Below, in pieces: positions 47,712-58,678 of a stretch of DNA of 64,000 bases. Every line of letters starts with the position of its first letter. Position 1 is the first letter of the stretch. Origin of the DNA: an uncultured Nitrososphaerales archaeon (GTDB lineage: Archaea > Thermoproteota > Nitrososphaeria > Nitrososphaerales > Nitrososphaeraceae). The position numbers and the translations under genes were made by a program. The notes beneath the pieces were generated by a model. It saw only the letters and a list, made by a program, of their open reading frames with translations. It had not been told where the DNA came from and made no database searches. Where the stretch lies: NCBI GenBank assembly GCA_963713605.1, contig CAVQMO010000010.1:32001-96000 (forward strand). Direction: 5' to 3'.

Positions 47712-47964
47712 ACATCATTTAGATGCAATGCGTGGTCTGCCAGATGTGTCGTTTATTCTACTGGACGAAGCTGACTTTTTTCCACCAGGACAGCAACAAG
47801 ACGCCAGAGATGTATTAGATGTGGCTATTACACTAGGGCTCAAGTCTGAAGAAGCACTACGTTATCATCAAGAATATTTTATGCTTCTCGGATCTACCGA
47901 ATTCACTAAGGTTTACCTCCAGATCAAGGATAACTCTTGCGTGTACGGACACTACTATCTATAA
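47712..47964 (+). pseudogene. chimeric remnant: terminase-ATPase-like Walker B segment fused to a copy of the 33797 gene interior
   Basis: HHLDAMRGLPDVSFILLDEADFF...RDV joined to LDVAITLGLKSEE...LQIKDN, a near-identical DNA copy of ~33986-34105. Confidence 0.65.
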
Positions 47965-48269
47965 ATGGTTCATGGCTGATCTGCTACGGATAGATCAGCC
48001 AGTTTCAGAACAGTAAATGCAAGGTACCAATCTAGAACAGTAAATACAAATTACCAATCATGAAATACACCGTTGTAGCCTGAAACAGACAGATATCCGG
48101 AGACTTTTTCAGAAAATTAGGGTCTCTTTTGAGAAGAAAATAAGTTATACGCTACAATGAAAATAATAATACCTATGACAAATACAGTAATCGTAATCGC
48201 CTGCTCTAGGAAAATTGATTATAGAAGTTCCACTACTTCTAGCCACACATAAAGTTAGAAAAAGAGATT

Positions 48270-49025
48270 TTAATTAGAATTCTCTAATTTCCATTCCCTA
48301 TACTCATCACATTTTGGATGATTTGGTTCAACATCATCATGACATAGATAACCTGGAGCATAACAGTTGTTGCCTCTACCATCAGGTCTATCGGTTACTA
48401 GTATGAACTAAAATCGATCATAGTTATCATCAGAACTCACTTGCCAGGGTTGACATCCCTCATCATTTGGATAACATTGATCCTGTCTCATCATCATCGG
48501 TACCTATGATATCCTTCAGGACATCCTCCTCTGATTTAAAAGGAAGCAATAATCATCTTCATTTGTTGCAAAACCTTCAGGGCATTCATCACGGGCAGTC
48601 TCATTCATGTTGGGAAATGATTGACATTTTATCTGATATACATCAAAAAGACAACTCTCGTCAGGTCCACCTGTTTTTGCATATTCAAAATATTCTTCAC
48701 TTCCTGGAACATTTCTGCAGTACTCATAGGTATCGGTTAGATCGTCGAACTCTTGGCAGAATTTTATTGGATTGTGTTCCCTACTCAAACAATTAGTTGG
48801 ATTTGTATTATTAGGAAATTGCTCAGTTCTCTCTGTTGAATTATACAGGTCGCAGAACAGTATACCTGTTGCTCCCTGTCCTCCATTACACAAAAAGTCG
48901 TAGTCGGTTCTCTCTTCACATTCTTCCTGCTCTTCTGGTTCATCATCATAGTCTACTATTGTCGCAAATGCTGTCAAGGGTGTCCCTAACAACATAACTA
49001 TCATAACGATTATTGATATATACAT
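48270..49025 (-). CDS. secreted acidic Cys-rich protein, family A (frameshifted)
   Basis: MYISIIV signal; PDESCLFDVYQ, CPEGF, DDDETG; paralog of 50010-50501. Confidence 0.65.
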
Positions 49026-49077
49026 AGTGTATAGTATTGTATTTGTTATATATATTAGAAATTAGAAAAAGAGATTT

Positions 49078-49856
49078 TTAATCAGTTTGAGTTGCGGTAC
49101 AATATGGATACTCAGGTCTTACATAACCTTCATCATCGCATATGTCACCGATTGTTTTACAGAATACCGGACTGTTCCACTTGAGGCAGTATTTTTCAGG
49201 GTTGGTTTCTTGAGGACATATGATATTTGGACGGGGATCACCCGCTCCCGAACACTTACTGACATTGTAATCTCTGTTAATTTGTTGGTAGCATTATGCA
49301 GAAATTCTATACAACCTACATTATCTGGATTGATCAGGACAATAATTCCTCTTGTATACACATAGTAATTCAGAATTAGATGGTGTAGTACGAGTTTCGC
49401 AGCCCATTGATATACACCTACATAGCCGTCACCAATACCATTCGAATTCGTTAATTCCATCATGTATTTCTTGATTGAAAGGTATACCTGCTTACCGTCT
49501 TCTCTTCCAGAATCGTGAGAGGTGAAATCATTCTTGCCTTTTAGTGCTTCATAATCTTCTATCTCTACTGGATTATTGATTAGTTCACCGCATTCTTTTT
49601 CTGAACGTAGTTGAATCCTCAAAGCCTATAGCCGACGTGAAATTGTATAGATCGTTATACTCTATGCATTCCTTAGCTCTGTAACAATCGTACTTTCAAG
49701 CAAATCCAGAATCGTAGCCATTTACCAAAGATAAATATTCTTCTACTGTAGCATATCCGCCTGAATCGCCTCTTATACCTGTTGCAAATACAATTGCCGT
49801 TATGTTGACATTGTTATTAATAATGCAAATATTATTACGATTGCTGATATATACAC
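49078..49856 (-). CDS. secreted acidic Cys-rich protein, family B (frameshifted)
   Basis: NNPVEIED, CPDHPD/EFLHNATNK, TIGDICDDEGYVRPEYPYC; paralog of 51197-51933. Confidence 0.6.
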
Positions 49857-50009
49857 AGTGTATAGTTCTGTATATGTTATATATTATGTAAGCTAACGCT
49901 ACACTCAAAAGAAACAACACCTAGAACAACACCAATACTGGTACCACCTGAACTAGGAAAGCTGATTACAGAACTAACCGCAAAACTAATTAATTTCTAA
50001 GATTTTTAA

Positions 50010-50501
50010 TCAGTTCTGATTTCTTTTCGCTTCTAAGTATTCTTTACACTCTAAACGCCCTGGTTCTTCATCACACAAATAACTTGGGCTAGCACATCTA
50101 TCGCCTTCACCTTGACCTTCACCTTCTAGCAATATGTAGTTGAATCGTTCACCGCCTATTATTGTATAACTATCTTCACATCCTCCCTCATCGCTCTTAT
50201 AGCATTGACCTGTCTCATCATCATCTGCACTAAAGTATCCTTCAGGACATCCTTCTTCTCGATGAATAGGGAATGTAGAATCTTCATTACCTGCAAAATC
50301 TTCAGGACATTCTTGCTCTGCATTTAGTTGATATACATTAAAGAGGCAGCTTTCATCTGGATCGAAATCTTCGTTTAATGGAGGTCTTTGGAACTGCGTA
50401 TGTTCTTCTGTAAATAACTCAGATTCAGAAGAACTAGCTAAAGCCAGTGTCTGAAGTGGTATTAATAGCAATGTTGCTATTACGATTGCTGATATATACA
50501 T
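50010..50501 (-). CDS. secreted acidic Cys-rich protein, family A
   Basis: MYISAIVIATLL signal; PDESCLFNVYQ, CPEGYFSADDDETGQC. Confidence 0.7.
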   Translation of the reverse strand: MYISAIVIATLLLIPLQTLALASSSESELFTEEHTQFQRPPLNEDFDPDESCLFNVYQLNAEQECPEDFAGNEDSTFPIHREEGCPEGYFSADDDETGQCYKSDEGGCEDSYTIIGGERFNYILLEGEGQGEGDRCASPSYLCDEEPGRLECKEYLEAKRNQN

Positions 50502-51196
50502 GATATATAATTGTGTATATGTTATATGGTATAAGCTAATATTACAATGAAAATAACAACACCGAGCACAGTAAGCTGTTTGCTCCCCAGTCAATATCCG
50601 CACATTCAAGAATAAGTGCACAGTCTATTTACAGGCTTTTCATTAGCCTCACAGCTTTCTACTAGCTGCTCTTTCACACATTCCATACTCCAACAACTCG
50701 CTAAGGTAACTGCTATAAGTATAATTATTATCATATCAAAGAAGGAACTTCCTGGCACATTCCATTGCTTTGTCAGGATCGAAGGGCATACAATCGTCTT
50801 CTTCTAGTATACATCTTTCATCATCGCAATCATCAGGAGGTATTGTTGAATTAGTTGCTAAAGCAGCGTGATGGGACTGCTAAAAAGAGAAGAGCGATAA
50901 ATATTGCTATCATCATTATCATCATCCAAATCTCCTATCCATCCATCTATCGAATTCTATGACTGCCAAAGAATTTTGAGTTTCAAATAGTCTCTTATCC
51001 CATGCAATATTTCAACCTCTTCAATAAACAACCAAACCAGTTCAAAGTCTGGCATTATTCCAATGGAGAGTGTTTATTTTGACATCTTTCTATCTTAACT
51101 CCAATGTCTTTTTGCTAAAACTGTTGGAGGCTTTATTTAGGTATAGTGTATTCTCTTTCATCTCAGCATCTGGGGTATACTGTATTCTCTTTCTAG

Positions 51197-51933
51197 TCAT
51201 TTGCAATATGGATATTCAGGTCTTACAAAACCACCTTCATCACAGATATCTCCAATTGTTCTACAGAAGACTGGATCATTGTGGTTGAGGCAATATTTTT
51301 CTGGATTGCTTTCTTGCTGGCATAAAATTTGGGTTGCACGGACAATCTGATGTATTTTCATTATTTTGATAAGGATATTTATTGGTAGCATTATGTAAGA
51401 ATTCCGTGCATGCTACGATATCTGGATGGTTAGGACAATAATAATCCTCTCCTTCCATTCTCAATCCACATTCACTCTCCGTATAAAGTGTTTGACAGCC
51501 GAATTCGTATCCCTCTCTGTAACCACTAGCAGCATCACTGCATCCACCGGCTCTTTCTTTATCGAAAGGCTTATCCTTTTTAGCGTTATCTTTTCCTTCG
51601 TTATAACAGCTTTTTCTATTTTCTTCCTGTAATGCTTCGAAATCTTCTATCTCTACCGGATTATTCATTATCTCAATGCATTGTTGTTCTGTACGTGGAG
51701 CACTCTCACAAGCATAAGTCCACATTTGGTTATAATTATCGCCATGATCTATACATTCCCTAGCTCTTATCGCTATCATACTTTCCAGCAAAACCGGAGT
51801 CATAACCATCTACCCAACAGTCATGTTCTTCTTGAGTTGCATCATCACCAGAATCAAGTCTAGGACCACTAGCAAATACACTTGCTACAGGTATCGTTAA
51901 GATCAACGCCATCACAATTATTGATATATTCAT
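51197..51933 (-). CDS. secreted acidic Cys-rich protein, family B (frameshifted)
   Basis: MNISIIVMALIL signal; NNPVEIED, CPNHPDIVAC, TIGDICDEGGFVRPEYPYC. Confidence 0.65.
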
Positions 51934-52768
51934 AGCATAGTATTGTATATGTTGTATATGAAAAGATTAAACATATCAAATCAATACTAACGTAGACCCA
52001 TCTCTTCAAGCATTTTTTGACCAATACATTCACCGATGTATTTTTCTACATCGGTTCGCCACCCACTCCAATTAGTTGACAATCCATTGTCTAGTTTATT
52101 CTCTTCTACCGAGAGTTCATTGGACCAACATTCGCACTTGAGTTCATGTGGCTGCATGTATAGCGTCAATGATTAAAATATATAGTAGTAAAATAGCTAT
52201 AGTTACACCGATACATCTGGCCCAGCTCAGGCCATCGATGGTGGCGTGACCAATGACCTATGGAACCCTGGCTTTCTTCTCGTATTCAGATACCAAGGCA
52301 ATATGACTGAACAATAATTCTATAATACATATTAACACCATTTTAATACAGTCACTTAGTTTATGCATGAAAATGTTGACGAATGGAAGATTGAGATAGA
52401 TATTAACAATATTCATAATGAACTAGATGATTGGGTAGAACGAATAGGTATTTCGAAAACCTAAAGTAGGAAATGGAAAGGATAGTTAGTTTTATAATCA
52501 GGTATCCAAGGTGGAATCGCTTCAATGTATTTGTCAATTATCTTTTCAAGTGTTCCTCTGCTGGCATCATTTAACAAACTTATCATAGTGGTAATTAATA
52601 CTGAAGTTTATAACACCTATACTCAATATCGTATCTATGTAAATCTGCGACCGAGAATTTGTCCAGACTCGCTGCTTCTTCTGTGGCTTCACTTTTATTA
52701 TATTCAGAATTCACATAAACATAGTGACTGAAATTGTTAATAACTTTATTGTGGATATCTATGTAAAT

Positions 52769-53041
52769 ATGTCGAAAGTCTCTACCCAAAATATACCTCA
52801 AGAAGCAACAAAACTAAAGAAGTTAGCAAAGGTTACTGTAAGATATATAGAAATGGAAGATTTTAAAGACTCTGATCATCATACTGGATATTTCTGCTAC
52901 AATTGCATATACTTTATGAAACCTAACCATTGTGCTATTGTCACAGATGAAGGACCTGATGCATATGGGACAAGCTCAGGCGAAATAGCACCACATGGAA
53001 TATGTGGGGTATGGGAACCAAATAAAGAAGAGATTCGGTAA
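52769..53041 (+). CDS. HiPIP-like small iron-sulfur protein
   Basis: VRY...CYNCIYF...CAIV...IAPHGICGVW matches the HiPIP Cys/aromatic pattern. Confidence 0.6.
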   Translation: MSKVSTQNIPQEATKLKKLAKVTVRYIEMEDFKDSDHHTGYFCYNCIYFMKPNHCAIVTDEGPDAYGTSSGEIAPHGICGVWEPNKEEIR

Positions 53042-53154
53042 AACACATAAGCAGAAGGAAATAAATTTCTACTACGAAGATATGCAAAGAATTTTAGAAA
53101 AAATTATATATAATAAACACCGTTAGTTAGTAACGGAGGAGATATATAGAAGGT

Positions 53155-54881
53155 ATGTCTTCACTGCAACAACAACAACCACAAGTACCCGTTTTATTAT
53201 TAAAAGAGGGTGCTACTGAAACAAAGAAAAAAGATGCACAGAAAAATAATATCACAGCTGCCAAGTTAATAGCACAAATTCTAAAATCAAGTCTAGGTCC
53301 ACGAGGACTAGACAAGATGTTAGTTGATCCTATCGGTGATGTGACAATCACCAATGATGGGGCTACAATTCTAAAGGAAATCGAGGTACAACACCCAGCT
53401 GCAAAAATGATGGTTGAAGTCACCAAGTCAGTTGATAATGAGGTTGGGGACGGAACAACATCTGTTGTAGTTCTTGCAGGGTCGCTACTTGAAAAAGCTG
53501 AGGATTTGATAAACAAGAATGTACATCCAACAGTTATTGTGGACGGATATAGAAGAGCATCGGAGAAAGCAATCAAAATATTGCGAGAAATAAGTACAGA
53601 GATAGACCCTAGAAATAAAGAAGACCTAGCTAGAATAGCAAGGACAACCATGGCATCAAAGATGGTTTCTGGTCAGCAGAAACATTGGCAAATATAGTTG
53701 TAGATGCAATTCTAAAGGTTGCCGAAGAAATTGAATCTGAAGAGAGTAGTACCAAAAGGGGTGGGAGTGCTAGTTTAGGGAGAAGCAAGTATAAGATAGA
53801 TATCGATAATATTAAAGTCGAAAAGAAACCAGGAGCATCTATAAGTGATTCACGGTTAATAGAAGGAATCGTATTGGACAAAGAAGTTGTACATGGTGGA
53901 ATGCCGAAAAGAATTGAAAATGCAAGGATCGCTTTGTTGAACTGTCCTCTTGAGGTTGAAAAACCCGAATACGATACGAAGCTTAATATCAATAATCCCA
54001 GTCAAATGCAGAAATTCTTGGATGAGGAAAATCACATGCTTAAATCAATGGTCGACAAGATTTCATCGGCTGGTGCGAACGTAGTATTATGTCAGAAGGG
54101 AATTGATGATATGGTACAACACTATCTGGCTAGAGCAGGAATACTTGCTGTGAGAAGGATCAAAGAAAGTGATATGTCTAAATTAGCAAAAGCTACAGGT
54201 GCAACTTTGATTACAAATATAGACGAAATTACTAGTAGTGACTTGGGTAATGCCCAACTAGTTGAGGAACGACACGTAGAGACAGACAAGTGGGTTTTCA
54301 TCGAAGGTTCTAAGAATCCTAAAGCAATATCAATCCTGTTAAGAGGAGGTTCGCAGAGAGTAGTTGATGAGGTAGAAAGATCTGTACATGATGCACTGAT
54401 GACAGTCAAGGACGTAGTAGAATATCCTTACGTTGTACCAGGCGGAGGAGCTCCGGAAGCGATAGTATCACAAGAAATAAGAAAATGGTCTAACTCACTC
54501 GAGGGACGAGCCCAATTAGCTGCCGAACAATTTGCTGATAGTATGGAGACTATTCCGCTAGTTCTTGCAGAGAACGCTGGTATGGATCCGATCGATGCAC
54601 AGGTTCAGTTAAGAGCAAAGATTTCCGATAGTAACAAACCCAAATACGGTATTGATGTGATCAATAAGAAGATTGCTGATATGAATGCAAGAAATGTCTA
54701 TGAACCACTTTCAGTAAAGGAACACATTGTAAATGGAGCAACAGAAGTTGCATCTATGATTCTGCGAATAGATGATGTTATTGCTGCATCCAAATCCCAA
54801 CCACCTCCTGGTCCTCCTGGTCCTCCTGGTGGTGGTATGGGTGGAGGTTATGGCGGTGGCGACTATGGCGGAGATATGTGA
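53155..54881 (+). CDS. ths: thermosome (group II chaperonin) subunit (one frameshift near 53685)
   Basis: [46 protein letters not shown] tail. Confidence 0.97.
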
Positions 54882-54994
54882 GTAGAATAGTCCTCGCATC
54901 ATTTTTTCTCGCAGTTTCAATTGTTTGTCAGACTATCATTACATAGAAATAATATCAGAAAGACATCTTAAATAATGAAAGGGTGTGAATACAA

Positions 54995-55818
54995 ATGAGA
55001 GTGACTGTGGCAGGAGAAAGAAGAAAGAATACATCAACTCTGGCAGATACTGATGTACTTCTAGATGTTCTAGGCAATGAAACGAGAAGAAGGATTTTGA
55101 ACCTGATTTCACATGAACCTATGTATTTTAACCAACTAACTAAAGAGATACGAACAGGTCAACAGGCAATCCTGCGCCATGTGAAGATATTGGAAGACAC
55201 CGGTTTGATTAAATCTTACGCTGAGAGAAGCGATCTAGGTGCTCCAGACAGAAAATATTATAAAGTCAACTCTTCTTTCAACCTGAGTATTTCAGTTTCA
55301 AATGATAATTTACTGTAAGAAATGAAGACATTGAGGAATTAAGATATAAAGAGGCAGACGCTCTTTACAAGAAATTTGATGAACTTGATTCCATTGTTCT
55401 TCAGCAAATTAGCAACCTGAATGAATCTGTAAATAAAAATAAAAATACTAAGGATACTCAGAGAAGACCAACGGTTTCACTAGGTCAAATACTTTCGAGG
55501 TTACAAAAGAATTTAGAAGATACAGAAGGACAAATACTACATCTAGAGTCTCGTCTTAATGACCTGCGAGCATTAAAACAAGCGATAATTAAAAAAATAC
55601 ATGATACAGAGAAAGAAAATTTTGATGATATAGAACGTAGACTTATATGCTCTGTAATGGAGGGACCGATGTGTCGAAATGAAGAGCAATTAACCATTTC
55701 AGAGCTTGCTGAAGTATTGGATAAGAATGAAAAAACAATAAGAAATGCACTATCTAGAATTACTGATAAACTAGAAATTGGGAGTAATATTTATGAATTG
55801 TTTAAGAATTTAAAATAG
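54995..55818 (+). CDS. ArsR-family regulator with coiled coil and second HTH (frameshifted)
   Basis: LDVLGNETRRRILNLI...QQAILRHVKILEDTGLI...RKYY; frame continues to LTISELAEVLDKNEKTIRNAL. Confidence 0.8.
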
Positions 55819-55829
55819 AACTGCTTCTA

Positions 55830-56102
55830 TTAATTAATCAACTCTTCGAGAGACCGCGATAAAACGGGTAATGCAGGGGTCATAGGTTTCACTTCTACAT
55901 TCTTATTATTCAAAAGTCTGATTTTAGACTTCATGTTTCTTGGCCTTAATCTTAGACGATATCTACAGCAGGGACACACCAGTCCATCCCACTGAAGAAA
56001 TATTTCGCAGATTTGACATCTCTTTTGTCCAGTTGTGTACCTTCCTTGTCTGAATGCAGGCTTTCCAACTTTATATCTCACACATATACCTCTGCAAGTC
56101 AT
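55830..56102 (-). CDS. Cys-rich zinc-binding small protein
   Basis: MTCRGIC...KRCQICEIFLQWDGLVCPCC. Confidence 0.75.
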   Translation of the reverse strand: MTCRGICVRYKVGKPAFRQGRYTTGQKRCQICEIFLQWDGLVCPCCRYRLRLRPRNMKSKIRLLNNKNVEVKPMTPALPVLSRSLEELIN

Positions 56103-56286
56103 ATTTGGATTTTTGCACCTTATTGATTTTACTTTATTTATGATTTAAAATTATTTTAAGGTTATCCTAGAATAATGACCTTTTACTACTCCACGACTCT
56201 AATACTGTGATAGATATCCTTCGAATTAAAATATAAGTAAATAGGGTTATATAGAGTGAAATAATGTTAAGGAAAGGTAAACGGGC

Positions 56287-57441
56287 ATGAGGGAAAGAAA
56301 AGACTCACAACAGCGAAATGGACAAGGACAATGTGATTGCCTGAAAAGCGCAAAAGCACTTAATTCAATTGAAAATAATGGTATTGAATATCATCAACAA
56401 TTCCAGACAATATTCAATTTATACTATTCTGGAATTCCAGCTTATATTATAGCATTTCAGTTGGATATGAATGAAGAAGATGTTCACAAAGTCATCCAGT
56501 CCACTTTGGATGGTAAGAGCTCATTATCGTCATCACCGTTTTCTGTATCATTATTAGAAAACGAATCTACTAAAAGTAGTACAATACCTATTGATGCAGT
56601 TTTTAATACGGATATAGCAATAAAGAATGCTCAAGTAAGAATGTGGAAGGCTCTGAAGTCAGAACCCGAAATTACCTTGTCAATGGAGCAGACTAATGAG
56701 GTCCTGAGAGCCTTTGCAAAATCGAAGGCTACGCTAGTCATACTCAATATTGATCTCGTCGATTCAACTGAACTATCAATTTCATTACCTCTAGAGAGGC
56801 TTTCTACTATACTCCAAACTTTCATGCAGGAGGTTGCGTCAGTCATTGTATCTTATGGTGGTTATGTATTAAAATATGTAGGAGATGCAGTTTTAGGATT
56901 TTTTCTTGTGCCCGCTAAATATAGGTTTGAAAAAGATATGTTCGAATATGATAACAACAGTGGAGATCACATCAATCTCATAAATCAGAGAAAGGATAAT
57001 CTCAATAGTTTGTACATGCCTTGTGTAAATGCTATTAATTGTGGTAGGTCAATAATAAAAATATTAGATCAAGCTATTAATCCGATTCTTAATCAATATG
57101 GCTATCCAGAAATGTCGGTACGAATAGGTATAGATATCGGTGAAAACGTAGTAGTTCAAGATGGATGGGATATCCATAAACTGCAGCAACCACATAATCA
57201 AGGGACAGATGAAACAGCAATAATTAGAGAACCGCATTTTGATATCATAGGTTATAGCACCAATATCGCAGTAAAGATGACAAGACTTGCTAGTGCAAAT
57301 AAGATCGTCATTGGTCAATCCATATATGATATTTTGGATCATGAAAAATCTTCATTCAAGCCGTTAGATGTTAATCCCGAAGTTTGGAAATATATAGATG
57401 ATATGACTGATGCACTTTATCGAATATATCATTGTAATTGA
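56287..57441 (+). CDS. class III adenylate/guanylate cyclase with N-terminal HTH-like segment
   Basis: ILNIDLVDST, VLKYVGDAVLGFF, VRIGIDIG, DIIGYSTNIAVKM. Confidence 0.88.
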   Translation: MRERKDSQQRNGQGQCDCLKSAKALNSIENNGIEYHQQFQTIFNLYYSGIPAYIIAFQLDMNEEDVHKVIQSTLDGKSSLSSSPFSVSLLENESTKSSTIPIDAVFNTDIAIKNAQVRMWKALKSEPEITLSMEQTNEVLRAFAKSKATLVILNIDLVDSTELSISLPLERLSTILQTFMQEVASVIVSYGGYVLKYVGDAVLGFFLVPAKYRFEKDMFEYDNNSGDHINLINQRKDNLNSLYMPCVNAINCGRSIIKILDQAINPILNQYGYPEMSVRIGIDIGENVVVQDGWDIHKLQQPHNQGTDETAIIREPHFDIIGYSTNIAVKMTRLASANKIVIGQSIYDILDHEKSSFKPLDVNPEVWKYIDDMTDALYRIYHCN

Positions 57442-57753
57442 TTCACTGATATTGTAGTCGCTCATCTACAGTGTGTAACATTTATTATTATGTTAATCAT
57501 TTTGTCAGATAAGAAATTACTACCCTTGAACAACTCAGTCTAGAACCAACATGCATGTACGACAGCGACCTAGATATAGTTGTGAAAAATGTCAGTTTAA
57601 CTTCCCCATTATTTTGGATCGGAGTTAGCACGAAAGAGTAGATTATAGTAGAACCAACAATGATTAAGTGTAATTCTATCATCACGCTCGATATAAGGCT
57701 TTGAAAGAGGAAACTTAAATATGATAGTTGATTACTAAATACAGAGGAATACC

Positions 57754-57888
57754 ATGTCATCATCAAGCGAAACTCCAATGTGTGAAGAATGTGGTGCAGT
57801 ATTCATTACCATAGAAGAGCTTAATGAGCATCGAAAAGCAGAAAGGGAAGATAAAAAGTTACGGCATATGGGTCTTGATGGTGGTTAG
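57754..57888 (+). CDS. 44-aa C2H2-like zinc finger protein
   Basis: CEECGAVFITIEELNEHRKAE. Confidence 0.65.
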   Translation: MSSSSETPMCEECGAVFITIEELNEHRKAEREDKKLRHMGLDGG

Positions 57889-57991
57889 ATCAGTACTGTT
57901 ATCATGAAAAAGTTTTGATATCCTATTTAAATACTCACAGACGGTGGGTAACGAATAAATATCGTCTTTAATATTATATGTATAAGTACAG

Positions 57992-58622
57992 GTGACGACC
58001 AAATGGGTGCAACATTTGGGAAGATACTTTAACAAGGGCGTGAAATCACTAGACAATCCACACATTGGATTTGTTGTCAGGAAAACAGATGACAAAATAG
58101 TTGTATTTGGCGATGGAAAGATACGATATTACATTCCTTTATCAGAAATACGGACTACTGAAAAGAATGTGTTGATAGGACGTAATTTAAAGGGAAATAG
58201 AAACGACGTACAAAGTGGATAGAGACGCACCGCTACCCACCGGAAGACCGGTAAAACCTTGGATTTTATCTCATGACATAGACCTTGCTTCATATAAAGG
58301 AAAATTCCCTAACTCACTATTTAATAAACATGTCAGAGCTCGAAATGAAGATCATGTTGGGCATGTGATGAAAGAAAACAGATGACAAATGGTTGTATTC
58401 GGATACGACGATAACAAGTTCGATATCCCTAAATCCAGAATTATAGCTGTAGGCAAGAACGTGATTGTAGATATGGATTTTCCAGAAATCTTTGACAATA
58501 AGGTTGATAGAACTAATGCTCCTCTACCCACTGGAGAACCAAGGAGAGATAAGTTACGAAGAATAAATGTGAACACACACGATCTTAATGCAGTATTAAT
58601 CCTTTGTTTTATTTTTCATTAG
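57992..58622 (+). CDS. duplicated PRC-barrel-like protein (frameshifted)
   Basis: Two internal repeats: FNKxV...HIG/HVG...DKxVVFG...IPxSxI...KNV...APLPTG. Confidence 0.7.
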
Positions 58623-58678
58623 TGTGTTGATAATGCTGTAGAATATCTATGATCTATTCTAACTGAAAGATCGATGGT

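Noticed and set aside
53127..54920. Minus-strand ORFs over the thermosome
   Set aside because: Antisense shadows of a conserved gene
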